A stretch of DNA of 64,000 nt from a virus, in IMG/VR virus record IMGVR_UViG_3300028394_003336; one strand, written 5' to 3'. A program made the translations under genes and the position numbers. A model generated the notes under the pieces. That model made no database searches and was not told the DNA's origin. It was given only the letters and a program-made list of their open reading frames with translations. Shown here piece by piece: positions 40,654 through 50,741 of this stretch; within the stretch, counting starts at the first letter, position 1; every line of letters begins with the position of its first letter.

Positions 40654-42666
40654 ATGCACGATATCATGGACGACGACGACAAAATGAGTAAAAAACAAAA
40701 ACAGTCTTCTGACAGCAATACTCCTGTCTTGGACAACTTCAGTAGAGATTTAAATAAACTTGCCGCTGAAGGTAAATTAGACCCTGTCATCGGACGTGAC
40801 AGAGAGATTTTAAGAATCGCTCAAATTCTATCTCGTAGAAAAAAGAATAACCCAATTATTATTGGTGAACCTGGTTGTGGTAAGACTGCAATTGTAGATG
40901 GTTTGGCAATGAAAATTGTAAGCGGGGAATGTCCTCGTAATTTAGTTGATAAAAGAATCGTAAACCTTGATTTGACTTCAGTGGTTGCTGGTACAAAATA
41001 CCGTGGTCAGTTTGAAGAAAGAATGAAGGTGATTATTGAAGAACTTCATGCTAATCCAAACATCATTGTATTCATTGATGAGATTCATACCTTGGTGGGT
41101 TCTGGTAACTCAGCTGGTTCAATGGATGGTTCTAATATCTTTAAACCCGCATTATCTCGCGGTGAACTTCAATGTATTGGTGCTACCACATTGGATGAAT
41201 TCAGAAAAAATATTGAAAAGGATGGAGCTCTTGAGCGTAGATTCCAAAAGGTTATGGTTGAACCATCTTCTGTGGTGGAGACAATTCAAATCCTAAAGAA
41301 CATTCGTGAGAAATATGAAAGCTTCCATAAAGTTGTCTATTCAGACGAGGTTATTGAATCTTGTGTAAAATTAGCTGACCGTTATATTACAGATAGAGAA
41401 TTCCCTGATAAGGCGTTTGATATTATGGATGAGGTTGGAGCTCGTATGCAAACTGAACTAAAGGTACCCGAAGCAATTGAAGAATTGAAGAAGAAAGCTG
41501 CAGAAATTCGTGAACAAAAAGTTGATGTTGTTAAGAAACAAAACTACGAACAAGCTGCTCAGTTAAGAGATAAGGAAAAAAAGTTATTAGACAAACTTGA
41601 AATAGAAAAAAGAAAGTTTGAAGACGAACTTCAAAAAGACAAACAAATCATTTCTCTTGAGGATGTTTATGATGTGGTTTCCAATATGACTAAAATCCCT
41701 GTTAATAAAATGAGTGTTGATGATGCAAAAGCATTAATCAACTTGGATAAAGAATTAATCGGTAAGGTTATTGGTCAAGATGCTGCGGTTGTTAAAATTG
41801 CGAAAGCAATCAAAAGAAACAGATTGGGTATTAAAGACCCGAACCGTCCAATTGGTTCATTTGTATTTCTTGGTTCAACAGGTGTTGGTAAGACTCACTT
41901 GGCCAAACAATTAGCAAAAGAAATGTTTGGCTCTGAAGATTCACTTATCCGTGTGGATATGTCTGAATACCAAGAGAAACATACTGTATCTAAATTGGTG
42001 GGAGCTCCTCCAGGTTATGTTGGATATGAAGAAGGTGGTCAGTTGACTGAAAAGGTTAAGAATAAACCATATTCTGTTATTTTATTTGATGAGGTTGAAA
42101 AGGCTCACAAAGACGTATTCACTGTGTTACTTCAAATCTTAGATGATGGTCACGTAACAGATAGTTTAGGTCGTAAGATTAACTTCAAGAATACCTTAAT
42201 CATCTTAACATCAAACTTAGGTGTTAAAAAATTACAAGACTTCGGTACAGGTATTGGTTTTTCCTCTAACTCTTACAGTAATGATGAGGCTAAGAAACAA
42301 GTATTAATGAAAGAGATGAAAAATTTCTTCTCTCCTGAGTTCTTGAACCGTATTGATGATACAATTGTATTCAATTCTTTAACTCCTGAAGACATCAAGA
42401 AAATAACTGATATTGAATTGAAGAAATTAGTAACTCGTTTGAAAGATATGAAATACGGAATTTCTTATGATGAGACTTTGGTTGAATACTTAGCTAAAAT
42501 TGGATTTGATGAGTTATACGGAGCTCGACCTTTGAAAAGAGCAATACAAGACAAAGTTGAGGATTTGTTGTCTGAAGAAGTTTTAACAGGTAAGATGATT
42601 GAAGGTAAATCCTACAACATCAAGGTTGAAAATGAGGAGATTAAAATTGTGAAGAAAGGTAAATAA
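40654..42666 (+). CDS. clpC: ClpC-type AAA+ ATPase lacking the N-terminal Clp-repeat domain
   Basis: Two Walker A motifs (GEPGCGKT, GSTGVGKT), UVR-like middle domain, GIGF ClpP-docking loop. Confidence 0.92.
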   Translation: MHDIMDDDDKMSKKQKQSSDSNTPVLDNFSRDLNKLAAEGKLDPVIGRDREILRIAQILSRRKKNNPIIIGEPGCGKTAIVDGLAMKIVSGECPRNLVDKRIVNLDLTSVVAGTKYRGQFEERMKVIIEELHANPNIIVFIDEIHTLVGSGNSAGSMDGSNIFKPALSRGELQCIGATTLDEFRKNIEKDGALERRFQKVMVEPSSVVETIQILKNIREKYESFHKVVYSDEVIESCVKLADRYITDREFPDKAFDIMDEVGARMQTELKVPEAIEELKKKAAEIREQKVDVVKKQNYEQAAQLRDKEKKLLDKLEIEKRKFEDELQKDKQIISLEDVYDVVSNMTKIPVNKMSVDDAKALINLDKELIGKVIGQDAAVVKIAKAIKRNRLGIKDPNRPIGSFVFLGSTGVGKTHLAKQLAKEMFGSEDSLIRVDMSEYQEKHTVSKLVGAPPGYVGYEEGGQLTEKVKNKPYSVILFDEVEKAHKDVFTVLLQILDDGHVTDSLGRKINFKNTLIILTSNLGVKKLQDFGTGIGFSSNSYSNDEAKKQVLMKEMKNFFSPEFLNRIDDTIVFNSLTPEDIKKITDIELKKLVTRLKDMKYGISYDETLVEYLAKIGFDELYGARPLKRAIQDKVEDLLSEEVLTGKMIEGKSYNIKVENEEIKIVKKGK

Positions 42667-42668
42667 AT

Positions 42669-42695
42669 AAAAGGGGGAGAAATCCCCCTTTTTTT
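42669..42695 (+). terminator. Intrinsic terminator
   Basis: AAAAGGGGGA-GAAA-TCCCCCTTTTTTT. Confidence 0.9.
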
Positions 42696-42707
42696 GTATT
42701 TATAAAA

Positions 42708-43349
42708 GTGAGAGACTTAATAAGAAAAATTTTAACTGAAGAACAAACTCAATCTAATCTAGACAGAGTCATAGACTCTTTAGGTAACGGAATTGATTCT
42801 GAGTTACTTAATAGAATAAAACATTACATTAAGTCATACATTCAAGATAGGGGGTACACCGTAAAATTTTTAAATTCCTGTTCAACAGGGTTTTCAGGTG
42901 TTAGAACTAAAAAACAAGTGATAATTTGTTCACCAATGACTATGAGTTCTATTGGTGATTTCATTTACACAATTTTCCACGAATTAAGGCATGAAGACCA
43001 AATGACAACACTTCAAATGGAAAATCCATTAACCGATATGGATTTAGAAGATTTTGAAGAACTTTCAGAACAATACTGGAACATGGAAATGGATGCTGAC
43101 ACATCAGCAAAAAAAGAAGTGGCGAAAATGATATTAGATTTAGGTATCCCAATTAAAGAAGCGAAACAAAATTTCAGATTAGCTCAACATATTGAAAATT
43201 ACCAATATTCAAGTAATTTAGTAAAAGCCTACATCCAACGTTTAGTAATGGATATTATCCGCATGAAAAAGGATGGTGTTGAATTTACTGACATCCAAGA
43301 CCATCCTTTTGTTAAAAGACATTTAGATAAACTAGAAGAGTTTATTTAA
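42708..43349 (+). CDS. Putative HExxH zinc metalloprotease, late protein
   Basis: IFHELRHEDQ...EMDAD; late motif at 42697-42704. Confidence 0.6.
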   Translation: MRDLIRKILTEEQTQSNLDRVIDSLGNGIDSELLNRIKHYIKSYIQDRGYTVKFLNSCSTGFSGVRTKKQVIICSPMTMSSIGDFIYTIFHELRHEDQMTTLQMENPLTDMDLEDFEELSEQYWNMEMDADTSAKKEVAKMILDLGIPIKEAKQNFRLAQHIENYQYSSNLVKAYIQRLVMDIIRMKKDGVEFTDIQDHPFVKRHLDKLEEFI

Positions 43350-44188
43350 AAAATAAATCTACTCTGTTGGTTATAAATTTTAGCCTCTTTATAGTGTAAT
43401 TTATACCCTAATTTTTCAATCATTTTTTTACCCATACTGATTCCGTTGAAAACATCTTCAACAACGACATATTCATTTTTTGTATGATAGTTGTAATATC
43501 CGATTGAGAAATTAATACAAGAAAAATCAAACTTACCTCTTAATGAATAAACGTCAGTATACGGATGAACCATATATTGCATACGTTCATTGTCCATACC
43601 TTCTGTTAAGATTTCATCAACAGTACTGAAGAATTCAGAATCTCTATCAAATAATATTTGACCAAAACATTTTTCAGTAATCATCCAGTTTTCAGGGGCG
43701 TCAAATTGAATTGCATAACCGACATTTTGGAAAAATTCTTCGTTAGCTTTTTTGGACCCGTGACAACCAGTTTCTTCCGATACGAAAAATGCCGCTTTCA
43801 AATATGGTAATTCTTTCAATAAAGTTAAACATCCAAAAACACCACATTTGTCATCACCACCAATACCTGTCGCGTGACCGAAGTCATTATATGCTTTATA
43901 GGATAACTTTGTTTCTCCTTGAGCATTTGGAAGGTATTCTTCCGCAATATTGATTGTATCAATTTCGTGAACAGTATCTGTATGTGAAATCACACACGGG
44001 AAATAAAAGTCAGGAGCAATTAATGGTGATTCCTGCTTGGTGGCATAAACGTTCTTGAATTCATCAACATAGAATTCAATATTGTTTTCAGTCAACCAAT
44101 TTTTTAGGAATTCAACCATAAGGTCTTCCTGATACGTTTTAGTTGGAACACTTAGAACGTCTTTAAGTAATTGTAGATTTTGTGTCAT
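43346..44188 (-). CDS. M20/M28-family zinc peptidase-like protein
   Basis: SHTDTVH, GGDDKCG, EETG and YYNYHT motifs; TATCTTTG upstream. Confidence 0.85.
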   Translation of the reverse strand: MTQNLQLLKDVLSVPTKTYQEDLMVEFLKNWLTENNIEFYVDEFKNVYATKQESPLIAPDFYFPCVISHTDTVHEIDTINIAEEYLPNAQGETKLSYKAYNDFGHATGIGGDDKCGVFGCLTLLKELPYLKAAFFVSEETGCHGSKKANEEFFQNVGYAIQFDAPENWMITEKCFGQILFDRDSEFFSTVDEILTEGMDNERMQYMVHPYTDVYSLRGKFDFSCINFSIGYYNYHTKNEYVVVEDVFNGISMGKKMIEKLGYKLHYKEAKIYNQQSRFIF

Positions 44189-44209
44189 AAACACAAAGAT
44201 AAGAAAAAA

Positions 44210-45250
44210 TTAGATTTCTTCCAAATTAAATAATGTGGGCTGATAAAGTAGATAATAGAAATTCTCCTCAGTCAATTTCAATGTTCTTTGTTTTAACTCT
44301 TTTGAAAGTTTAACAATAACCTTATTTGGGTTCATTTCAAAATTTTCAATATAAAATCTAACATCTTTCTTTTTAGGTAAAGTGTGCCATTTACCAACTT
44401 CAAATTTCTTGCCAACCCTATCTACCATATCAAGATATTCTTGCATACTGAAATCACCGTTTCCACCATCTTCAATCTTTTCAATTATATCATCTAATTT
44501 ACGTCCAACATAATTGTTGAATGAATCACTATCAAATTTTTCAGAATCTTGATATTCATAACTATTCTCTTGCCATCCACCTATTGAAGATTTACTTGAA
44601 CTGAAAATTTTAGGTAGTAATTCCGCAATTGGTACATGTACCATATTTTCCTTAATATACCACATTACAAGATTTGCAATAGTTGTTGTAAATTCGTCAT
44701 CAGCAACATAGGTAAATCCAAAATCATTAAAATAGTCATTTAACTCTTTTTCAATTCTTTCTTGAGCAACTTGGGTCATTTCCCTATTTTTTTCGGTATG
44801 ATAATCGTCAAGAATATCTTGGGTTTCATTTTTAAATGAGGATAATAATTTTTTTGATAAATCTGACCTGAACTCATCATTTTCCAAATCAAACTTTTTT
44901 GGGAAAATGTATCTTGATATTTGTTTTAACTTTTCAATATTGTCCTCATTTAATTCATAAAAAATGATGTACCCATTTTCAAAGTCCTCTTTAACACTAG
45001 ACGAATCAATAAAGTCATAATCTGAATAATACGAATTAATCATTTTCATAAACCAAACATCATCTTCGTGTAAACCTACTCTGTCCCAAAATTTCTTATC
45101 GTTAAACCCTAGTTTAACAACACTTTGTCCACGGTTAGACCTATCTTCTCTAACATGATAGATGTCTGAGTCAGAATCTTCTAATTCCCCTTTTTGAATT
45201 TTACCTCTAACGTAATCCTTCAAAGCCATAAAAGTATCGTATGATGCCAT
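44210..45250 (-). CDS. Hypothetical acidic protein
   Basis: 346-aa ORF; late motif at 45257-45264. Confidence 0.75.
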   Translation of the reverse strand: MASYDTFMALKDYVRGKIQKGELEDSDSDIYHVREDRSNRGQSVVKLGFNDKKFWDRVGLHEDDVWFMKMINSYYSDYDFIDSSSVKEDFENGYIIFYELNEDNIEKLKQISRYIFPKKFDLENDEFRSDLSKKLLSSFKNETQDILDDYHTEKNREMTQVAQERIEKELNDYFNDFGFTYVADDEFTTTIANLVMWYIKENMVHVPIAELLPKIFSSSKSSIGGWQENSYEYQDSEKFDSDSFNNYVGRKLDDIIEKIEDGGNGDFSMQEYLDMVDRVGKKFEVGKWHTLPKKKDVRFYIENFEMNPNKVIVKLSKELKQRTLKLTEENFYYLLYQPTLFNLEEI

Positions 45251-45288
45251 ATTGTTTATAAATACTTAAAATATTCTATATTTTTCAC

Positions 45289-46050
45289 ATGAAAACAATT
45301 GAAGAGGCAATCCAGTCTGTCAAAGACTTTGACTGGAAAAATTCAACTCAAGAAGAGATTGAAAATATTTTGCCTACGTTTGGAATGAATGACGAGCAGT
45401 TGTTTGAAATGCCGAAAGAATTTGAACCTAATATGGGTTGGGGAATCAAGTTTTGGCAATACCCAAATCAATTAAGTAAGTTAATTACATACCTCAGGGA
45501 CAAAGAAATTAATTCTTATTTTGAGATTGGTGTAAGGTGGGGTGGGACTTTTATAATAATGAATGAAGTTCTAAGAACAAACAATCCATATATTGAATCA
45601 TTTGCAAATGATTTTATTGACGCCTCAGAAATATTAGATACATATCAAAATAAATTTACAGGAAACAGATTCACTTATTTACAAAATGATTCTAACGACG
45701 TGTATTTGTTTTATAATATAGGACCAAAAATACATAAACCAGAACCTCACATTGATTGTGTTTTTATTGATGGATGTCACCTATATTGGTGCATTAAAGA
45801 AGATTATCAACGAGCACTAAATTTAGGTGCCAAGTATATTATATTTCACGATATTATCAGTCAATCTTCCGTACCATCAAAAATGGCATGGGATGACATC
45901 AAAAAGAAACACAGAAAAACTTACGAATTTACCGACCAATATGATTCAGTTAAAGGGACTTATTTAGGTATTGGTGTTGTAGAAGTCACAAAAGATGACG
46001 ATATATTTCCTTTCTATGAGGAATACTACCCACATTTGTTTGGAAAATAA
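45289..46050 (+). CDS. Class I SAM methyltransferase (Methyltransf_24-like)
   Basis: FEIGVRWGG, VFIDGCH and IIFHDI motifs. Confidence 0.85.
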   Translation: MKTIEEAIQSVKDFDWKNSTQEEIENILPTFGMNDEQLFEMPKEFEPNMGWGIKFWQYPNQLSKLITYLRDKEINSYFEIGVRWGGTFIIMNEVLRTNNPYIESFANDFIDASEILDTYQNKFTGNRFTYLQNDSNDVYLFYNIGPKIHKPEPHIDCVFIDGCHLYWCIKEDYQRALNLGAKYIIFHDIISQSSVPSKMAWDDIKKKHRKTYEFTDQYDSVKGTYLGIGVVEVTKDDDIFPFYEEYYPHLFGK

Positions 46051-46089
46051 CATATTTATACTTACCTTTGTTTCAGTTCTTTAAAATAT

Positions 46090-46487
46090 GGGCCCGCCTT
46101 GGATTTGATTTCAGGTGTCAGGGGTAGGTGGCATGTAGTCAGAATTCATCTATGACTTAAATCCATGGTGAAAAAATTCAAATGGCAATACTTTTGCTAA
46201 AATGGCTGCTTTAGGTTTAACTAGAGAAGCTGTTACTGTTGGTGCTTAATTAGTACAGAACAGTCTCGGGTCGGTTAGGACATATAACCTAGGAACAGAA
46301 GTCCACTATAGGGGTCACAGGTCAGAGCTCCTTTAAAATAATTCTGAGACCAAGTTGTTTGCAGGTAGGTTTCTCACATACATCAGACCTGATATTTCGT
46401 AACATTGAGAAACAATGTTGTACTAAACATGTAGTCACTTATTGTTGAGCAGGAAACACAGCGGTTCGACTCCGCTCGGGTCCACCA
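46090..46487 (+). ncRNA. ssrA: tmRNA
   Basis: GGGCCCG/CGGGTCC acceptor with G3.U, T-arm GCGGTTCGACTCCGC, encoded ACCA 3' end, internal tag ORF 46184-46249. Confidence 0.93.
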
Positions 46488-46489
46488 CT

Positions 46490-46518
46490 TGGTAATCTGA
46501 AAAGATTACCATTTTTTT
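46490..46518 (+). terminator. Intrinsic terminator after tmRNA
   Basis: TGGTAATCT-GAAA-AGATTACCA-TTTTTTT. Confidence 0.8.
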
Positions 46519-46524
46519 TAAATT

Positions 46525-46914
46525 ATGAGTAAAATATGCGATATATGTAGTAACAAATGTTGGGGTAGTCCAGGCTATCACGGTAGTTGTTGCTCAATTG
46601 AAGACCGTGATTTCATTATTGGTCCACATGCTGATTCCGAAGAATTCTTAACTAAATTGAATGAAAAATTTGGTCGTGAATTTGAATTTGATGAAATTTT
46701 TTATAGTTACGAAAAAGGTAAAACTATTTTTCCAAATAAGTCAACTTGGCAAAATCCTAACTCATATCCTGCTTTAAAAATTAACTTTTCAAGTATGAAA
46801 AAACCGTGTATTTTTTATAATACACAAATCAAAGCATGTTCAATTTACGAAATTAGACCAAAGACTTGTCAAGACTATATGTGTGACTATTTGAAGGAAA
46901 ATATATCATTATAA
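46525..46914 (+). CDS. YkgJ-family cysteine-cluster (CxxCxxCC) protein
   Basis: CDICSNKC...SCC...PCIFY...CSIYEIRPKTCQDY. Confidence 0.85.
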   Translation: MSKICDICSNKCWGSPGYHGSCCSIEDRDFIIGPHADSEEFLTKLNEKFGREFEFDEIFYSYEKGKTIFPNKSTWQNPNSYPALKINFSSMKKPCIFYNTQIKACSIYEIRPKTCQDYMCDYLKENISL

Positions 46915-46918
46915 TATT

Positions 46919-46947
46919 AAACCCTCATCTTCGGATGGGGTTTTTTT
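46919..46947 (+). terminator. Intrinsic terminator
   Basis: CATC-TTCG-GATG stem extended by ACCC/GGGT, then T-tract. Confidence 0.8.
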
Positions 46948-46975
46948 GTCACAAATTTTTACTATATTTGTGACA

Positions 46976-47326
46976 ATGAACAAATTATTTATCGGGTTAT
47001 TTATTTTTTTTATATATACAATATCCCAAATTTTCACTTTTTATCAATTACAAGGACACTTGTGGAATAAATGGATTAAAGAGAATCCATTTATGATGAC
47101 ACTGATTGGTATTCCAATTAGTTATTACGTTATTTTAGCTAGCAGACAAATGGTTAATTTATGGGATGGTCAAACTTGGCCAAATAGAATCATTGGATTT
47201 TGTCTTGGAGTTATTGTTTTTAGCATTATGTCTTGGTTTATGTTAAAAGAACCTGTTACCCTTAAAACATCGGTTTGTCTTTTATTAAGTTTTGTTATTC
47301 TTGGAATCCAATTGTTTTGGAAATAA
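46976..47326 (+). CDS. Small 4-TM membrane protein (DMT/SMR-like)
   Basis: Four hydrophobic segments and LKEPVT motif; TATATTTG upstream. Confidence 0.65.
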   Translation: MNKLFIGLFIFFIYTISQIFTFYQLQGHLWNKWIKENPFMMTLIGIPISYYVILASRQMVNLWDGQTWPNRIIGFCLGVIVFSIMSWFMLKEPVTLKTSVCLLLSFVILGIQLFWK

Positions 47327-47335
47327 AAGGTATTT

Positions 47336-48835
47336 ATGAATATGAAATTCATGGGTATCTTATTAACAGAAGGCAGAAAAGAAGATTTAAAGAAAAAATA
47401 TGCCAACAAGTTTGAGGGTGGTACTGGGTTAGACTTTATTTTGAATATTTCCGATTTGGTAGACTTTAATCACAAATACACAGATTGGGTACTTAAAAAT
47501 GTAGACCCTGAATCGGAAAATTTTGATGATGATGTTGAATATATTGTAGAATTGGTCAAAGATTTTGATAAATATTCAAGTCAATTTCCTAAAAAAGATA
47601 TAAATCAATACGTATCCTTAAATGAACTTGAAAGTGTAGTCAATTTTGTAAGAACCAAAAACAAGGATAAAGAATTAGAAGGACAAGCAAAAAAGATTTA
47701 CGAAAAAGGTGACTTTGTAGTTATTCAACCAAAAACTGAGCAAGCATCTTGTAAATACGGTTCAAATACAAAATGGTGTGTATCATCAAAAGACTCAGGA
47801 CATTTTAATAGATACACCGCAGGTCGTCAAGGATTATATTTCATAATTAATAAAGCCAAGTCCACAAACAAAAAGTACTCAAAAGTTGCAATTCATTTTG
47901 ATGATGGTGGAGAACCAAGATATTGGGACTCCCAAGATTCACCAATGGGTCAAAGGGAGATTGAAATATTTGAATATGCGTTTGATGAAATGATTGACGC
48001 AATAAAGGCAGATTATAGAATATTTGCGGGGTCAATGACTGATAAGTTTTTAACAGAAGCATTTAATTCTGTAGGTGAAACTTCTGCAGATAAAAAAAAC
48101 TACTTAAATTCAACTTATACTTTATCAACACTTGTTAGAGGATTTCAAAATTTATCTAATTCAGATTTTGGTCATACGGAAGGTATTTTAACCATATCTT
48201 TAGACTCAGATAATGAGAATAAATTAATTGATGGATATAGAATTTTTGTCACATATAAATCTAAAGATGAAAAAAATTTCATCGCTAGTATAGGATTTAT
48301 GGGTGATGATGATATAAGAGGAGATGACATTCAGGACCTTGGTCTTGAGGAGTGGGGAATTGATTCAACATACTATCTTGGTAAAACTCCTGCAGAAACC
48401 GCTGAAGGTGTTAGAAGACACATTGCACATAGAGTATTGGACCACATCGTAACTAATCCAAAACTTACACAAAAAGTCGTTGGGACATCAAAAGTTTGGA
48501 ATGCATCTTACGGTGGATATAAGTTTAGTAAAAACAAAGGATTAATTAAAAAATTAGTTGATTATTTAGACAAAGGTGAAATCGGTACTAAGTTAGATTT
48601 CTTGGAAAATATAGGTAAACTTGATTCTAAAGTTGTTGACGGTAAAAAATTGTATTCCCATTCAGGAAGTGATAAATTCTACCCTTCGGTTAATTGGAGA
48701 GGTCAGTTTGCAACATTCTTTTCGGCAGCCAAAAATGCAGGAATTTTAAATTATAGAAAAGTAGGTAAGGACTTCTTATTAGTTAAAGGTCCTAATTTTG
48801 AAGCATTCAAATCAGGTGAGCTCAAAGCTCTTTAG
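47336..48835 (+). CDS. Hypothetical late protein with ASCKYG...KWC motif
   Basis: KKDINQY and ASCKYGSNTKWC motifs, which I recall from large-phage proteins. Confidence 0.65.
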   Translation: MNMKFMGILLTEGRKEDLKKKYANKFEGGTGLDFILNISDLVDFNHKYTDWVLKNVDPESENFDDDVEYIVELVKDFDKYSSQFPKKDINQYVSLNELESVVNFVRTKNKDKELEGQAKKIYEKGDFVVIQPKTEQASCKYGSNTKWCVSSKDSGHFNRYTAGRQGLYFIINKAKSTNKKYSKVAIHFDDGGEPRYWDSQDSPMGQREIEIFEYAFDEMIDAIKADYRIFAGSMTDKFLTEAFNSVGETSADKKNYLNSTYTLSTLVRGFQNLSNSDFGHTEGILTISLDSDNENKLIDGYRIFVTYKSKDEKNFIASIGFMGDDDIRGDDIQDLGLEEWGIDSTYYLGKTPAETAEGVRRHIAHRVLDHIVTNPKLTQKVVGTSKVWNASYGGYKFSKNKGLIKKLVDYLDKGEIGTKLDFLENIGKLDSKVVDGKKLYSHSGSDKFYPSVNWRGQFATFFSAAKNAGILNYRKVGKDFLLVKGPNFEAFKSGELKAL

Positions 48836-49046
48836 ATAATTTGCGAAAGTAGATATACAATCCAAAGAAAAGCCCCGCAATACAATACAAAACGAAGTTC
48901 GCTTTCCATAAACTTCCTGTCAGTAATATTAGGGAATACTGAACGGCATCGAACCCAAAAGGATTGAAAAACAATGCCAGCATTAAAAATATTTGAGAGA
49001 GATTGTCTTGAAACGTTCTTCTCCACGTTTTTCTGTTTGTCACCAT
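48822..49046 (-). CDS. Small membrane protein
   Basis: Two hydrophobic helices, FFNPFGFD. Confidence 0.6.
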   Translation of the reverse strand: MVTNRKTWRRTFQDNLSQIFLMLALFFNPFGFDAVQYSLILLTGSLWKANFVLYCIAGLFFGLYIYFRKLSKEL

Positions 49047-49114
49047 CTGTCATATTTTAACGTTTAAAATTTATGTCGTTTGACCTATCTTAATTAACAT
49101 AAATACTTATTTAA

Positions 49115-49732
49115 ATGAAAATGCAAACTTATACAATATCAGAAAAACATAAAACATTTGTGTGGTTACCTCCCAAATGTGCAACTAATTTAATATCATG
49201 GGTATTAGGTTATTTTGAATTTTCGTCCGTTGTAATGGATACAGAAACTAATCAAATTCATAAGATAATACCAAATCAAACAACTCATTTTGGACATAAT
49301 ACAATTTTTCCCCCGAATCATGATGAATTATTATTTATCTGTGCAATAAGAAATCCTTATTATAGAGCACTATCACTGTATCAGTATCAAAGTGATGCAA
49401 AAAACCTAAGTGTTGATAATTTTGAAAAATTTATAGATGAAAGAATCGTAAAAAACACTATCTTACCTATATTCAAATTTTCATCTTTTTTTAAAGATAG
49501 AATGCCCAATTATTTAATCAGAACTGAAAATCTATATGACGACATAATAAAAATACCATTTATCAGAGATTCTGATTTAACCAGTTCTGGTGTTTTAAAA
49601 AACTTTTGCGATAAAAAAATAAACAAAAGTTATAACCAACTTAACCCTGATGAGTATCTAACACCACATATTAAAGAAATCATTTATAATATTTCTTCGG
49701 ACCATTTTGATTTATTTGGATATGAAAGATAA
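49115..49732 (+). CDS. Sulfotransferase family 2-like protein
   Basis: PPKCATN (5'-PSB-like), IRNPYYRALSLY and DHFDLFGY motifs. Confidence 0.7.
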   Translation: MKMQTYTISEKHKTFVWLPPKCATNLISWVLGYFEFSSVVMDTETNQIHKIIPNQTTHFGHNTIFPPNHDELLFICAIRNPYYRALSLYQYQSDAKNLSVDNFEKFIDERIVKNTILPIFKFSSFFKDRMPNYLIRTENLYDDIIKIPFIRDSDLTSSGVLKNFCDKKINKSYNQLNPDEYLTPHIKEIIYNISSDHFDLFGYER

Positions 49733-49752
49733 TTTATTTATCTTTGTAGACT

Positions 49753-50367
49753 ATGAAAGTCATATTTTTAGATAATGATGGAGTAATCTGTTTATCAAAT
49801 AATTGGGGGGGTCGTACAAAAAAATGGGCGAAATATCGCTCCGCAAATCCTGAGTCAAGTAATTTACTCAGCGAAGCGCCAGTTGATGTAAGATTTGATG
49901 ATTTTGATAAGAAATCTATTAAAATTTTAAATGAAATTTTAGAAGAAACAGGAGCAGAGATTGTAGTATCTTCTGATTGGAGATTTCATGCAACTTTAGA
50001 AGAATTAGGTGGGTATTATTTATCCCAAGGAATCTCAAAAAAACCAATCGGATTTACCAAAAAGTTAGGTCAATTTCAAGAACCTAAAAACTTCCCATGG
50101 TCTCGTCAGTGGAATTTAGAACAGTCAAGGTCCTTAGAGATACTTCAATACCTTAAAGACCATCCAGAGGTCACAGAATGGGTTGCAGTAGATGATTTGA
50201 ATATGGGAATACCACAGACTCACGAGAGTTGGGGTGAAATGGAAATGGATTGGGGTTTGACCAATTTTGTACTCACACCAAAAAGTAGTGAAGGGATTAA
50301 ACAAACAGGATTAAAAGATAAAATCATAAAACTATTAAATGATGACAATACTACATCAGGTATTTAA
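49753..50367 (+). CDS. HAD-family phosphatase (Swiss Army knife RNA-repair type)
   Basis: IFLDNDGV, IVVSSDWR and WVAVDD motifs. Confidence 0.8.
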   Translation: MKVIFLDNDGVICLSNNWGGRTKKWAKYRSANPESSNLLSEAPVDVRFDDFDKKSIKILNEILEETGAEIVVSSDWRFHATLEELGGYYLSQGISKKPIGFTKKLGQFQEPKNFPWSRQWNLEQSRSLEILQYLKDHPEVTEWVAVDDLNMGIPQTHESWGEMEMDWGLTNFVLTPKSSEGIKQTGLKDKIIKLLNDDNTTSGI

Positions 50368-50470
50368 TTTAATAATAGGGCTTGTTTCTATTGTAATAAT
50401 AATTTTAGCAATTGCAGGGGGCGCATTTTGGTTGGGAGATAAAATGAATAAAGATGATAGATATAAATAA
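50339..50470 (+). CDS. Small single-TM protein, 43 aa (not in ORF track)
   Basis: MMTILHQVFNLIIGLVSIVIIILAIAGGAFWLGDKMNKDDRYK fills the gap between two genes. Confidence 0.5.
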   Translation: MMTILHQVFNLIIGLVSIVIIILAIAGGAFWLGDKMNKDDRYK

Positions 50471-50639
50471 GATAGTTGAAGGAAGGTATGTAGGAGTTGC
50501 TCCTGAGGGGTTTGTCCTACTTCATGAAAAGACAATTCAAGATTTACAAGATTTTGAAATTTGGAAAGAGTGGAAAAATAAAATTCTTGAATTAGATTTA
50601 AAAAACAGAATTGAGATGGAAGAGTGTAAAAAGTCTTAA
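50454..50639 (+). CDS. Hypothetical protein
   Basis: Operonic short ORF. Confidence 0.6.
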   Translation: MIDINKIVEGRYVGVAPEGFVLLHEKTIQDLQDFEIWKEWKNKILELDLKNRIEMEECKKS

Positions 50640-50650
50640 GTTTCAAAACA

Positions 50651-50725
50651 GGGTCAAGTTGGTGTAGCCATCTGCAGTGGTAAACGGAAGCTAGCTCCTA
50701 GGTAATACCCACCAACCTCTGACCT
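50651..50725 (+). ncRNA. Unassigned structured RNA candidate
   Basis: GC-rich island; GGGTCA/TGACCT and GTTGGTG/CACCAAC stems enclosing small hairpins. Confidence 0.5.
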
Positions 50726-50741
50726 ATAATTTAAAAGCATT

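Noticed and set aside
50651-50725. SRP (4.5S) RNA
   Set aside because: Only a partial CAG...GGAAGC resemblance; the conserved helix-8 pairing cannot be built.
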